From Anthoceros angustus (taxonomy: Eukaryota > Plantae > Anthocerotophyta): a stretch of 64,000 nucleotides of DNA. Both the position numbers and the translations under genes were made by a program. This document shows, in pieces, positions 1 through 12,787 of this stretch (position 1 is its first letter; each line of letters begins with the position of its first letter). Where the stretch lies: assembly GCA_010909165.1 (NCBI GenBank), contig MU008175.1, positions 248,001 through 312,000 of the forward strand. Reading direction: 5' to 3'. Under the pieces are notes generated by a model that worked only from the letters and a program-made list of their open reading frames with translations, was not told the DNA's origin and did not search any database.

Positions 1-3000
1 CTGATCGCTTCCTTCACAATCTTCGGGATCTCGGACTCACCAAGTAATTATCGTGACCACAAATTCTCGGTCAAGCAATGCGTGGCCAGATCTTATCGAC
101 AAGGTTTCCTCCCGTTTGCAGCCACGACAGAGTCGATTCCGACCTTATTGGTAAATTTCCCGAATCCATGGTCCCTCCTATCGGGTGGGACTCCATACCC
201 GATCACGGCTCTCAGCTACCTTCTTCTTGAATCTTTGGGCGAGTCTGTTGCTCATCCTCCATCACGCCGCCGGGCGATCTCGGAGGAAACGCGGTTCGTT
301 TCTCCCCTTCCTTTGGCTCTTCCTCGTTTCGCCCTACCGTGGTAGGCGCACCCGCCACCGTGAGTGCCGGACTGGTGGTAGTGCGCCTACCCGTCTCGGT
401 AGGGTGGGCCCGTTCCTCCCGCTCTTCGCTGAGGCCAAGGTGACTCATCCCTCACCTTCCTCCTCTTCCTCTCCTCCTGGTCGCGCCGCTTTTCCTCCTT
501 GTTTGGTGACCATCCCAAAACACTCGGGGGTGAAACTCGGTGAACCCAAGGCGATGTATCTCCTGTCATCAAGTTGACTCCGATCCGAAATGGCACATTG
601 GGCACCAAGCATCCTGCAATTTCAACCTCAATTTGGTGCCCCAAATCAACAAGTTCAACCACATTTACCTCCACCACGCCTTCTCGTCCCCATCTCGAGA
701 TTCCCGATCGCTTCCTTTACAATTTTGCGGGATCTCGGACTCACATAAAGCGTCTCACAAATTCTCGGTCAAGCAATGCGTCGTGGCCGGAGATCTTATC
801 GACAAGGTTTCCTCCCGTTTGCAGCCACGACCGCGTCGATTCCGACCTTATTGGTAAACTTCGAATCCATGGTCCCTCTTCGGGTGGGACTCCATACCGG
901 CGGATCAACAACACGGCTCCGCTACCTTCTTGAATCTTTGGGTGAGCATTGCTCATCCTCCGGCATCCGCCCGCCGCGGTGATCGGAGGAGAAGCGCGGT
1001 TCTCCCTTCCTTTGGCTCTTCCTCGTTCGCCCCTCTGGTAGTGGTACGCCTACCGTGCCGTCGACTCTGGTGGTAGTGCCTACCCTCTCGGTAGGGTGGG
1101 CCCGTTCCTCCCGCTCTTGGAGGCCAAGGTGAGTCATCCCTCACCTTCCTCCTCTTCCTCTCCTCCTGGTCGCGCCGCTTTTCCGACCTTCGGCCTTTCT
1201 CCCGTCGCTCCGATCTGGTGGTCACCTTGGCCATCATCAGTCCTTCATCGCTCATCTCTCCCTCGTACCCTTCCTCCACAATTCCTGATGTCACACTGGA
1301 CTCGTCGAGGAACTCGTATTCCGCTTCCACCTTCAGCACGGGCGTCGTGGTCACGGTAATCGCGGTTTCTGGGTTGGTCCGTGTTTCCTCCGCCGCAGGC
1401 TCCGTGAACCTGACCCCTGGTCGCACTGGTGCCACTCGCGCCATGCCCGAACACCTGGGATCCCCAATTTTATGCCCCAATTCCTTGCATACCTGACAAA
1501 AGGGTACATAACCCACTTGCTTTCGAGGTTATGGGCAATCGTTTGAGTAATGACCTGGTGCTCCGCAATTATAACAACATCCATGTGGAATTGTCATCGG
1601 CCTTTGTGATGAATCCGGCCTCCATGGCCCTGGCGATGTCGGTCGCGATCCATACCTTGCGGGAACTGGTGTAGCAGGTTGGTAAGTCGCCCTCATTGAT
1701 TGAGGTGGCCGACTTCCAGTGACCGCTTGCACCTGGTAAGCTTCATCCACATACCAATAGTCCCCAGGCTTGACGGTTTCCACATGATTCACAGCATGCC
1801 GTGGTGCACGAATACATTCCACATTGGTGTGTCGTTTGATGACAAATTGAGCAATACACCAAGCTGTCTGCTTGAAGGAGACCTTTGTGGAGCTTGGTTC
1901 TTCACCGCCTTGACCTCAATTTGGTGCCCCAAATCAACAAGTTCGACCACATTTACCTCCGAGCCTTCGTCCCCCACTTGAGATTCCCTGATCGCTTCCT
2001 TTACAATTTGCGGGATCTCGGACTCACGCAAGCAAGTGACCACAAATTCTCGGTCAAGCAATGCGTCGCGGAGATCTTATCGACAAGGTTTCCTCCCGTT
2101 TGCAGCCACGCTGGTCGATTCCGACCTTATTGGTAAATTCCGAATCCATGGTCCCTCTGTCGGGTGGGACTCCATACCCGGATCAACACGGCTCGCTACC
2201 TTCTTCTTGAATCTTTGGGTGAGCATTACTCATCCTCCGCATCGCACGGTGATATCGGAGGAAAGCGGATCGTTCTCCTTCCTTTGGCTCTTCTCGTTTC
2301 GCCCCTACGTGGCGCCTACCAGTAAGTGCCGGCTGGTGGTGGTGCACCACCCGTCTCGGTAGGGTGGGCCCGTTCCTCCAGCGCTCTTCCGAGGCCAAGG
2401 TGAGTCATCCCTCACCTTCCTCCTCTTCCTCTCCTCCTCGCCGCTTTCCGTCGGCCTTTCTCCGTCGCTCGATCTGGTGGTCACCTTGGCCACCATCAAT
2501 CCTTCATCCGCGCTCATCTCTCCCTTGTACCCTTCCTCCACAATTCGATGTCACCTTTGGATTCGTCGAGGAATCGTATTGCTTCCACCTTGACCGCAGG
2601 CGTCGTGGTCACGGTAATGCGGTTTGGGTTGGTCGTGTTTCCTCCGCCACGAGCTCGTGAACACGACCCACAGTCGCTTGGTGCCACTCGCGCCATCCCG
2701 ACAGGATCCCCATCTTATGCCCCAATTCTTGCATACGACAAAGGGCATAACCCACTTGCTTTCGAGGTTATGGGCAATTCGTTTAGTGACACGGTGCTCC
2801 GCATTAACAACATCCTGTGGAATGCCATCGGCCTGTGATGAATCCGGTCTCCATGGCCACAGCGATGTCGGTGATCCATACCTCGAGGCGGTGTAGCAGG
2901 TTGGTAAGTCGCCCTCATTGATTGAGGTGGCCGACTTCCAGTGACCGCTTGCACCTGGTAAGCTTCATCCACATACCAATAGTCCCCAGGCATGACGGTT

Positions 3001-4200
3001 TCCACATGATTCACAGCATGCCGTGGTGCACGAATACATTCCCTGTTGGTGTGTCCCGTTTGATGACAAATTGAGCAATACACCAACTGTCTCGCCGGTG
3101 AGGAGACCTTTGTGGAGCTTGATTCTTCACCGCCTTGACCTCTAATTCGGTCAATCTCTTCGTTAAAGCCTCCACTTGTCCAGCAATTCCGCCTCCGGTG
3201 GCAGATGTCTCTCCTTTCTCCATTCGACGGACCGTCTTCCTTTCCTCTCCTTTTTCGGCACGCGTTCAGCCTCTTCCTGCCTCTTCTTGACCTTCTCCAA
3301 GTCCTTCTTCATTCGCCGCTCGTAGGCCTTCTCGGATTCCTCGTCCGATGTGGAGCTTCCTTGAGTTCCGCTGTCCTCACTCTCTAAGGAGGATGAAGGC
3401 GACGAACTAGAGGAGGCAGAGGAAGACGAGGAGCTTGATCGCCTTGATCCTTTCCTTTTCTTGTGACTTTGCCTCTTCTTCCTCCTTCTCCCCAGCTCGG
3501 CCGATTCCCATTCCTCAGCTAGCCGGATGGCTCCAGCCGACGTCTTAGTCCCGCGTTTGCAGTGCACCTCCATTTTTCGGGATAATCCGCTTACAAACCA
3601 ATCCAGCGCTTGTTCTTGTGAATACCCAGAGGTGGGTGGATCCCCCGGCCTCTCGGGTGCACACTTTGGAACTCGATCCAGGTATCCATAGAACCTCTCC
3701 ACATAATCGAACAAGGATTCTCTCTTCCTCTGGAGGGTCCTCGGTTTCGCGGTATGATGTGCGTGGCGGGCCCTCGACGATTCAAGAAGGCTGCCTTAAG
3801 CCTCCCAATCCGTCGGTGCCACCGTGCTATAGGTGCGACCATACCATTGTTGCGCGTGCCCTCTCAGCAGTCCAGGAAAGATGTGCAGTCGATTGGCGAC
3901 TCCATCCTCCAAGTTGGCGTGGGAGACGTGCTCGAAAGTTCGCACAAACGCCTCCGCGTCATCGCCCTTCTTCTTCTCGCCAAATTTGACATATTGTTGG
4001 CGACTGTGGAGCTGGGGCAGCCCTCCTCCGCCAGTGGCTCCACTCATGTTGCTTGTCCTGGCCGTTCTCGCTACTCCTATGCTTCTCCTCCCTCGGTGGG
4101 CGGAGCGATCGGGGTCTTTGGGTCTTGAGTTACAACCAGGCGGGAGTAGCGATCTCCCCTGTTGTCCGTCCCAAAAGATCACGGCGGTGATCGATCGAGG
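1..4200 (-). mobile_element. Ty3/gypsy LTR retrotransposon gag-protease remnant, frameshifted; its 3' part is present in about 3 tandem copies
   Basis: Minus-strand gag capsid-like text (AEAFVRTFEH...IFPGLLRGHAQQWY, 3796-4182; EQALDWFVSGL, 3163-3714). Zinc knuckles CSICHQTGHTNREC (~3040-3085), CYNCGAPGHYSNDC (~1530-1580) and CQVCKELGH (~1470-1500). Retropepsin-like IEVEIAGCLVPNV...GVNLM at ~560-640. Many indels between copies. Confidence 0.85.
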
Positions 4201-4201
4201 C

Positions 4202-6370
4202 GACTAGGTCCTCGGACCAAGCTGAAATTCCCCACGCACGTCGTCATCGTCCGATTTATTTGGAAGTTGGGGTGGACTCACCTCGCCATGAGGCCCGGCC
4301 ATGGAAATTCGCGTCAGTCGCTGGCGGGCCGCTCGGGGTGTGTGCCTCCTCCTCACTCCCTGACACCAACACTTCCTCCTCGACCTCCTTCCTTTCGCTA
4401 TCAGTAAACTCCGCCTCTTCTCCTTCCAGCCCGTCCAGTGCCCGCCGCCCACCGCCCTCTTCTTCGTTCGTTGAGGCAAAGGCGGCCTCCTCTAGCGTAA
4501 CTTCGTTTTCCTCTGCTGCACGGGTGGCGGCGGCAATTTCTTATCACGATCGATTTCTCGTGAGCTCGTAGATCTCGCGGTGGCAGCGAGTGGAGGTGGC
4601 GTTCGACGATGAGGTCCGCCTCGGTTGGCTCATCCTCTTGCCTCTTCTCTTTCCGGTGCGGTTGTGGGCGCCATCGGCGATTCGGATCCCATTTGGCTGT
4701 TGTCTGGGGGCAACGTGACGATGACGGCCCGTTCGCGGCGTCATGTTTTCGATCATGCGTGGAGGCGGATTTTTCCGTATAAGGCGCCCATATTCATTGC
4801 GTAATGGCGTGTCACTTAGGCGGACCTTTTTATACTAGGGGAGCAAATTTATATCGATGTGGTTGTCCGGATCCCACGAGACTCTATGTCGCGAGCATGT
4901 CATCATCAACCCCGGTGGCGGCGGAAGGATGCGCAACACAAGACTCACAAGTAGTCTCACTGCAAGACAACCATGTTTTCATCCCTTGCCCTTCGAGACT
5001 CATGGGGCTATGGGCAAGGACTTCTAGAGTTAATTAAGGGTGTGCAAAAGCCTATCACATCCACGAATTGGAGGGCCTCCCCTTTCCTCTGTGGTGGCTT
5101 TCCAGTAGTTTCCATAGCTTTCTGCGCCGGCTAATCTTTGTTATAGATGGCTCGTGCGGCCTTGACTTGCGGTAGTGGTAGGCCTTCATCATCCACAGAA
5201 TTCTGGAAAGGCATTGACTAGGTCCTCGGACCAAGCTGAAATTCCCACTACTTACGACCTCGTCGTCCGGCTGTCGATTTATTTGGAAGTTGGGGTGGAC
5301 TCACGCCTCGAGGCCAGTTGTGGAAAATTCCGGCCATGAAGTGCGAGGCAGCGCTCGGGGTGTGTCTCCTCCTCACTCCGACACCAACACTTCCTCCTCG
5401 ACCTCCTTCCTTTCGCTATCAGTAAACTCCGCCTCTTCTCCTTCCGATCCGTCCGTCCGTCGCCCACCGCCCTCTTCTTCGTTCGTTGAGGCAAAGGCGG
5501 CCTCCTCTACAAGCGCCCGTAACTCGTTTTCCTCCTGCTGTCGACGGGTGGCGGCAGCAATTTCTTGTCACGATCGATTTCTCCGTGAAGCTCGTAGATC
5601 TCTCGCAGTGACAGGTGGAGGTGACGTCCTTTTCGACCGCGATGAGGGTCCGCCTCGGTTTGGCTCATCCTCTTGCCTCTTCTCTTTCCACGTGCGGTTG
5701 TGGGCGCCATCGGCGATTCGGATCCCATTTGCTGTTGTCACGTGGGGGCAGCGTATTCTGACGCATGGCCGTTCGCGGCGTCATGTTTTCGATAGTGGAG
5801 GATTTTTCCGTATAAGGGCCCATATTCATTGCGTAATGGCGTGTCACTTAGGCGGACCTTTTTATACTAGGGGGCAAATTTATATATCGTGGTGTATCCC
5901 ACGGATCCGAGACTCTATGTCACGAGCATGTCATCATCAACCCCCCGGACTGGGCGGCGGAAGGATGCGCAACCAGCAAGACTCACAAGTAGTCTCCTGT
6001 GCAAGACAACCATGTTTTCATCCCCCTTGCCCTCGAGACTCATGGGGCTATGGGCAAGGACTTCTCTAGGTTAATTAAGGAGTGTGCAAAAGCCTATCAC
6101 ATCCACAGGAATTGGAGGGGCCTCCCCCTTTCCTCTGTGGTGGCTTTCTTCCTTGAGTTTCCATAGCTCTGCAGAGGCTAATCTTTGTTATAGGACGGCT
6201 ACGTGCGCAGGACTAGCGGCTTCTTCGGCACCGGTGGTAGGTAGGCCCTTCATCATCCCTGTAGTTACGGGAAAGGCATTCGACGGGACTAGGACTTCCC
6301 CTTCTACTATTAGCCCTTTTTGGGTTGTTCCTCCTCCGACCTCAAGGGTAGATGGGATTTCCCTTCTCAC
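4202..6370 (-). mobile_element. Leader/LTR-like region of the same element, tandemly duplicated (units 4202-5215 and 5216-6286)
   Basis: Both units start GACTAGGTCCTCGGACCAAGCTGAAATTCCC and are colinear; contiguous with the gag 5' end. Exact LTR ends not resolved. Confidence 0.6.
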
Positions 6371-6420
6371 CTATTAATAATGTCTATTCTTCATATTCTC
6401 AATATAAAATAAATATGAAA

Positions 6421-7340
6421 CCCTGAATCCTAGTCAGCTTTCTCGGGCCCCGTGGAAAATTAACCCTGCACCTCCCTGTATCCTGAATGAGATCCTTTTC
6501 CTCCGCTCTCACTGCTTGCTCGCTGCGACATCAAACTCACTAACCAAAGTCTTGGGGTCCCTCCAGCTTTCTCCATGCTTCCGGGGCTGGTCCCTGAAGC
6601 TGTCCCTTCTTCGGTTCCAATTCATTTCTCTCAATTCTCCAGATGTGCATCGCAGAGGCAATGCCCCTCGACCTTAGCTCGGTAGGTCGCTGAGCACTTG
6701 AGCAATGGGACCAATCAAACTGGGGAGTAGAGGGAAAGAAGCCCCATCATTCATCTGAAGAAGCTCAACTACTGGGCATCTTTGAAAACAATGCGGGTGG
6801 AAACAGCAGAACAGAATTGCAGCTGAGTTTCTATTTTTGTGAGCAGGGTGGAGACCTCATGAAGAGGGACAAGGCTGGGATTGAATACTTTGTTGGTGTT
6901 GACATTGTCGAAGGCTTTGAAAGGTCGGGATCGTTTTTTCCCGGCTTCTTGAGTAATTCTTACCTGGATTTTTCCTTAAAAGTGCTCCAAGTTTGTTCAG
7001 ATAGACGATCCGAGAACCAGGTAAAATGGAGAAACACACCACAATTGGTTGGGCAGGTGGGAAGGCTTGTCATTTGCAGCAAACCTTGTATGTGCTGATT
7101 ATTTCGAGGTGAGGATCTGTTGTTATGAGGTAGAAGCTGCATCCTGGAGTAAAGCGGGGATCGTTTTCTCATGCAGGCTTTGTAACTTTTAGTGCCCATG
7201 GACAGATGAGGGTCAAGTTGGCAAATCGTGGTTGCCTTTGTTGCAGGTTGAATCGGACAAAGCTTTGAAAGATTGCGGCCTATTTGATCGAGGTTGAAAT
7301 GGATTTCCTAGTACTGCCAAGCTTTCTTGTCAGTCTTGGT
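6421..7340 (+). pseudogene. Partial 5' duplicate of the mRNA cap guanine-N7 methyltransferase gene
   Basis: Colinear with ~8715-9840 including introns. The start codon is lost, exon 1 is frameshifted, exon 2 is deleted (~215 bp), and the copy stops after the VELDKALKDCG exon. Confidence 0.85.
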
Positions 7341-8023
7341 AGCTGCTGCACGCAAGCACGCCATCGCTGCGCCACTCTGGCCATCGCGTTGGCAGGCCAC
7401 GAACCCACAATCCAGGAAATAGCGTTTCCGCCGGAGCCGCTTCTTATGGATGCCCAGCACCATTCCCAGAAAATCCTGCCTCAGTGTGGAGCTCTTGGTA
7501 ACCAAACCAATCTCACTAAATAGGTTATGCGACATCGGATCTTTCCGCCGGAAAACCGGTCTTTGAACCGAGCCTTTCATTGGGGACGAACCAGCGCTCT
7601 AGCCGACTGAACAATTTTCTCAAAAGTCGAAAACTATTATCCACTTTAGTGTTTACATGATGAGAACCATATGCCATATCGAATCGAGAGAAGCATATAT
7701 CTTGATCAATTTCCACAAACAATCAAACAATCGAGCAAAGCATACCATTACGCTTGAACTGCAATGACCGGTTCTTCATGATATGCTACCTGTGACAACT
7801 CCTGCGTCGTCTCCTACGTCCATACCATCATGCTCACAGCTGCACAGTATGGAAGAAAAATGCACAGGAGATGGAGATTCTCCAAACAGGCAGGTCCACT
7901 GGCTATGGAGTCACTTCAGGAATGGAGTGTAGCTCTCAATAGTCTGACCTAAAGCGATACCAGCTGAGTGTGATAACCCATTATCCCTACGCACTTCCCT
8001 ACAACACGAAGTCGGTGTATACT

Positions 8024-8410
8024 TCACTTTTGGTAGCCAGCACCTGGAGCATCGTTCAAATGCACATCCTCACCCATCACATAATATTCAGACATGGCAG
8101 CAGCTGGCCCCTGCGTCTGCACTTCTTCCGGGAGAGCGTGAGCATCCAGCTCTTCGCTGTGTTTCTCGAACGCCTGCCTCTTGCGATCTCTGACGTAGTA
8201 CTTGATGTCCACCACATGGTTAGGCTGCGCATGGGGAATGTAGGCCCGTTCCGGTTGGGTTGCAGGAGCATGGTGTCGATACTCAGAGGCATCCCAAATC
8301 GCATTCCTGTAATCTTCGGATGCGACAGGGCCTGTGATCTGCCACGGCGCCTTCAGCCATTTGAACAACCCCTGCGCCTTAGATGCGACCGTCTTTGCCA
8401 AATTCGCCAT
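8024..8410 (-). CDS. NDUFA7: Mitochondrial complex I subunit B14.5a (NDUFA7-like), intronless, 128 aa
   Basis: KAPWQITGP...EYRHHAPAT...IKYYVRDRKR...GAGYQK matches the plant B14.5a pattern (KPWQITGP...RDQRR...GGGYEK). Confidence 0.85.
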   Translation of the reverse strand: MANLAKTVASKAQGLFKWLKAPWQITGPVASEDYRNAIWDASEYRHHAPATQPERAYIPHAQPNHVVDIKYYVRDRKRQAFEKHSEELDAHALPEEVQTQGPAAAMSEYYVMGEDVHLNDAPGAGYQK

Positions 8411-8944
8411 CTCCGCGCTTGCTCTCAGCTGCGGATTCTACACATAGACACGAATCACAATTGCGAGATTCACAGCAGTTTCAGCTTACAACCAGCAAGC
8501 TTTCCGTCCTCATGACGGCACGATCGAATCTAACCTCAAGATGTAACTCCTCTGCCAAGGTTCCACAACCGGGGGAAAGAGGAAGAAGTCTAATAACCGG
8601 AGCTGCACTGAATGGAACCCTAATACCCTAATTGCTTCCACACTGAAGATCAACTATGGAAGGTTGTCTCGTTAACTAACTTGGGAGGAATCAGCGCACG
8701 TTCTTAAAGTATGTGCTGATCCGAGTCAACTCTCGGGCCTCGGGATCAAACTCTGGAAATTCACCCTGCACATTCTTGTATATAGAATCAGATCCCCTTC
8801 TTCTGCTCCTTCTGCTTGTTCGCTGTGGCGTCAAGTTCGCTAACCAAGTTTTGGGGCCATTCCAGCTTTCTCCATGCTTCCGGCCCCGGTCCCTGAAGCC
8901 GTCACTTCTTCAGCTCCAATTCATTTGCTCTTAACACTTCAGAT

Positions 8945-11238
8945 ATGCAGCGCGGAGGCGATGCCCCTCGGACCTTAGCTCGGCAGGTCGCTGATCACTA
9001 CAGCAACCGGACCAATCAAACAAGGGAGGAGAGGGAAAGAAGCCCCATCATTCATCTGAAGAAGCTCAACAATTGGGTATTTTCTGAGGGGCAATCATGC
9101 TGCCTGCTGCTCTGGCTTATCTAATTTTTCATGTGCAGTCACCAAGACATCCCATGTATTTACAAAGCAATTTTCCAGCTTACGCTGCTGTGTGTTCAGG
9201 TGAAAAGTGTGCTGATTCACTTATATGCCCGACAAAATCATGCTGTTCTCGACCTCGCTTGTGGGAAGGTTGTTCTCTCTCTTTTCCTTTTGGCTGTGCA
9301 TATTTCAAAACAATGCAGGTTGAAAAGGCAGAACAGAATTGAAGGTGGCTTTCTGTTCCTGTGAGCAGGGTGGAGACCTCATGAAGTGGGACAAAGCTGG
9401 GATTGGATATTATGTTGGTGTTGACATTGCCGAAGGCTCTGTAAGCTCAGGATCTTTTCTTTCTCCAGCTTCTTCAGGCAATCCTGACGAGGGTTTTTCC
9501 TTATAAGTTCTCTATGTTGTTCAGATAGAGGATGCCAGGACTAGGTACAATGGAGAAACAGACCACAACTGGTCTGGCAAGAGGAAAGACTTGTCATTTG
9601 CAGCAACCCTTGTGTGTGCTGATTGTTTTGAGGTGCGGATCTCGGGGGATTGGTTTCTCATGGAGTCTTTGTAGCTTATAGTGCCCATGGACAAAGGAGA
9701 TTCAGATTGGCAAATTGTGGTTGCTTTTGTTGCAGGTTGAATTGGATAAAGCATTGAAAGATTGCGGCCCATTTGATCTTTGCAGCTGCCAGGTTGAATT
9801 TGGATTTCAGTGTACTGCCAAGCTTCCTTGTCAGTGTTGTTAGGTTGTGCCTTCTCCACAAGCTCTCCAGCTCAATCCAGTGTTTCCCTTGAGTATAGTT
9901 TGCGTTGCATTATTCTTGGTCGACTGAAGCGCGTGCCCTTCGAGCTTTATCCAATGTCTCCAACCTGCTCCAACCTGGTGGTTGTTTTATTGGTACAATG
10001 CCTGATTCCAATGTCCTTGTGAAGAAGTTGCGTGATGGTAAGTCTACTTTTATGCTCTTACAGCTCCAGTGGATGTCTGTCCTATGCTGTCTGCTCTTAG
10101 GATTTCGCTGTTCCCACATGAATCAGTTGTGTGGACATCGCAGCTGAAGGACTCGAATTTGGGAACAGTGTCTATAGGATAAAATTTGATGAACGATTTT
10201 CTGAGAAGGTGAGCATCATTCTGTTGCTATGAGGTCACCACTTGTTTTGAAAGTGGACATCTTTTTGCAGCTGCTATCTCAGTTGTCATCTAGATGTCTT
10301 AGGTTGCTGGAACTGGCAACATGGATTTCAGGCTGAGCACTAATGGTGAGCTCTGTTGGATGCTTGTAGCGCTTCAAAGCGTCTGAACCTTTTGGCCTGC
10401 AGTATGAATTCTACCTAGAAGTAAGTATTGTAGTTTGTTTGGGGGACTTCTGCTCAGCTTTCCACAACCAGAATTGCATCAGTGGACAATGCAGAGCACT
10501 AGATACCCTTTGGGGCTAACTGCTTTTGTTTAACTTGTCAGGATGCTGTTGACTGCCCTGAGTGGCTTGTTCACTTCCCCACACTCCAGGCTCTAGCTGA
10601 ACAGGTAGGCCAGAAGCTTTAGCTCTTATTGGTGTGGGTCATTTACAGCCACCACTTTCCTCGTTTCTTGTCTGCAGTCTGTTTCTGCTTTGCTCTGTCT
10701 GATAGTTCCCTTTTTATCAACTTGGTCCTATTTGCTCCGCACAGCACGGTCTCAAGCTGAAGATGCGCAAGAATTTCCATGATTTTACAGATGAATACAG
10801 TCAAATGCCCGAGTTTTCAGATCTGATGAGAAAGTTTGCACTTGGTGATGGGAGTATGTTTCTGTGCACCTCCTTCTCCTTTCTGAATTCTGATCAGATT
10901 TTGTATGCTCCTGAACAGTTCCTTTCTTCGTCATTGTAAGACACCTCTGGGACCTTTTGCAGACAATGGGAGCTCCATAACAGATGATGAGTGGGATGCA
11001 GCGTATCTCTACACAGTTTTTGTATTTGAGAAGGTGACCATCGCTGCCATATACTTGTCGCAATTATCGTTGCTGGGGAACCTAAATAACAAGTGTGCAC
11101 GTACAGGTTGGCGCCGTAACTGAGGACAGCGAGCCACCTTTGAAGAAATTGAAGACTGGATCATCAGGTCAGACACCAGGAAAGAAAAAGGGCAAGTCTT
11201 TCCGTCCGTTAAGTGAGAGCGACACCATCCGTCTCTGA
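8945..11238 (+). CDS. RNMT: mRNA cap guanine-N7 methyltransferase, multi-exon
   Basis: Spliced GT-AG exons give VADHYSNRTNQTREERERSPIIHLKKLNNW / VKSVLI...VLDLACGK / GGDLMKWDKAGIGYYVGVDIAEGS / FALHYSWSTEARA...GGCFIGTMPD / DAVDCPEWLV / EWDAAYLYTVFVFEK; TGA at 11236-11238. Confidence 0.93.
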
Positions 11239-11805
11239 TAGGAATTTAGCAGACGACAAGTCACATTGGCCTCAGACGATGGTCTCATTGGCGACAGGTG
11301 TGTTGTTGCTCGGAAATGGTTGGCTCACAGTCTTCCGCATTGCATCTTAACGGTCGCATCTTTCTACTGATGTCTTCGTTGCCTCAGGTGTGGTATCTCA
11401 AAAAAATATTAACCGGAATTCAAAATGGATCGAACAAGTAGTGCTATGAGCTACGGGCAATTTCGTCATCCTCTGCTGGATCTAAGTTGTGCATTCAACG
11501 GTGGTATATGTGAGAAACCTCCTCCAAGGAAGCACTGCATGACCCCAACAGTTTCAGGCAGCGCCGAAACCTGCGATTCGCTCGTTCTCTTTTATCTTCC
11601 TTCGTATATAGTACGCTGGAATATATTTGTATCAAATTCGGCAAATAAAGCAGTGAGATGGTAACAGTGTTCTTGCCTAGTTGTTTTTTCGAGACAACGC
11701 GGCTTTATTATACATAGAGAGAGTTACGACGAAAGCCCGTAGCGAGGCAGGAGCGAGGGCGAGGGCAAGGGCTCTGCCTACGATAGCCAGCGTTCACTAG
11801 GACTC

Positions 11806-12070
11806 CGTGATTAAGGCTATGTAGGAACTCCGTGATTAAGGCTATGTAGCACATCGTGATTAAGGCTATGTAGCACATCGTGATTAAGGCTATGTAGCAC
11901 ATCGTGATTAAGGCTATGTAGCACATCGTGATTAAGGCTATGTAGCACATCGTGATTAAGGCTATGTAGCACATCGTGATTAAGGCTATGTAGCACATCG
12001 TGATTAAGGCTATGTAGCACATCGTGATTAAGGCTATGTAGCACATCGTGATTAAGGCTATGTAGCACAT
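11806..12070. repeat. 24-bp minisatellite CGTGATTAAGGCTATGTAGCACAT
   Basis: 10 perfect copies at 11831-12070 plus a diverged 25-bp copy at 11806. Confidence 0.97.
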
Positions 12071-12138
12071 CGTTTCCTCGGCCCCTATGCAGGTTTTGTC
12101 GTGACACTAATAGACTCTCAATGTCTATGTTACGGACA

Positions 12139-12558
12139 ACTCAGTTATATATCAATCAGGATCTTACACCATTGCAATGGAAGACTAAGAAGGAGAAGTT
12201 GTCCGCTTTCAGAGTAGCTCGTGCTGCTGGTCAAGTGGCTTTGACTCAGTTATATATCAATTAGGATCTTACACCATTGCAATGGAAGACTAAGAAGGAG
12301 AAATGGAAGACTAAGAAGGAGAAGTTGTCCGCTTTCAGAGTAGCTCGTGCTGCAGGTCAAGTGGCTTCGACTCAGTTATATATCAATCAGGATCTTACAG
12401 CATTGCAATGGAAGACTAAGAAGGAGAAATGGAAGACTACGAAGGAGAAATGGAAGACTAAGAAGGAGAAATGGAAGACTACGAAGGAGAAATGGAAGAC
12501 TAAGAAGGAGAAGTTGTCCGCTTTCAGAGTAGCTCGTGCTGCAGGTCAAGTGGCTTCG
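12139..12558 (+). repeat. Compound tandem repeat: three units of 105, 126 and 189 bp carrying 1, 2 and 5 copies of a 21-bp subunit
   Basis: Units start ACTCAGTTATATATCAAT at 12139, 12244 and 12370; subunit AAATGGAAGACTA(A/C)GAAGGAG. Confidence 0.95.
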
Positions 12559-12787
12559 TTCACGCAATTTCATTGACATTGTTGATTGATTGAAGATTAT
12601 TTGTCTTGTTTGAATTTTACCTTTACATTCGTCTAGACCATTTTACCCGCAATCTATGTAGTTATCATATTTCAATCCAATGAAGGAAATCCGTCCTTAG
12701 TGGACTTAAATAAAATTCTTCTTCTTCTTCTCCTCTTATGGACTGGAACCGTGGCCTTCGTTCATCCCATGATTACAATCTGGAGAG

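Noticed and set aside
7308-7722. Minus-strand ORFs next to the RNMT pseudogene
   Set aside because: Short, in different frames, with no recognisable motifs.
11708-12107. ORFs (MCYIALIT)n and (DVLHSLNH)n
   Set aside because: By-products of a stop-free 24-bp minisatellite.
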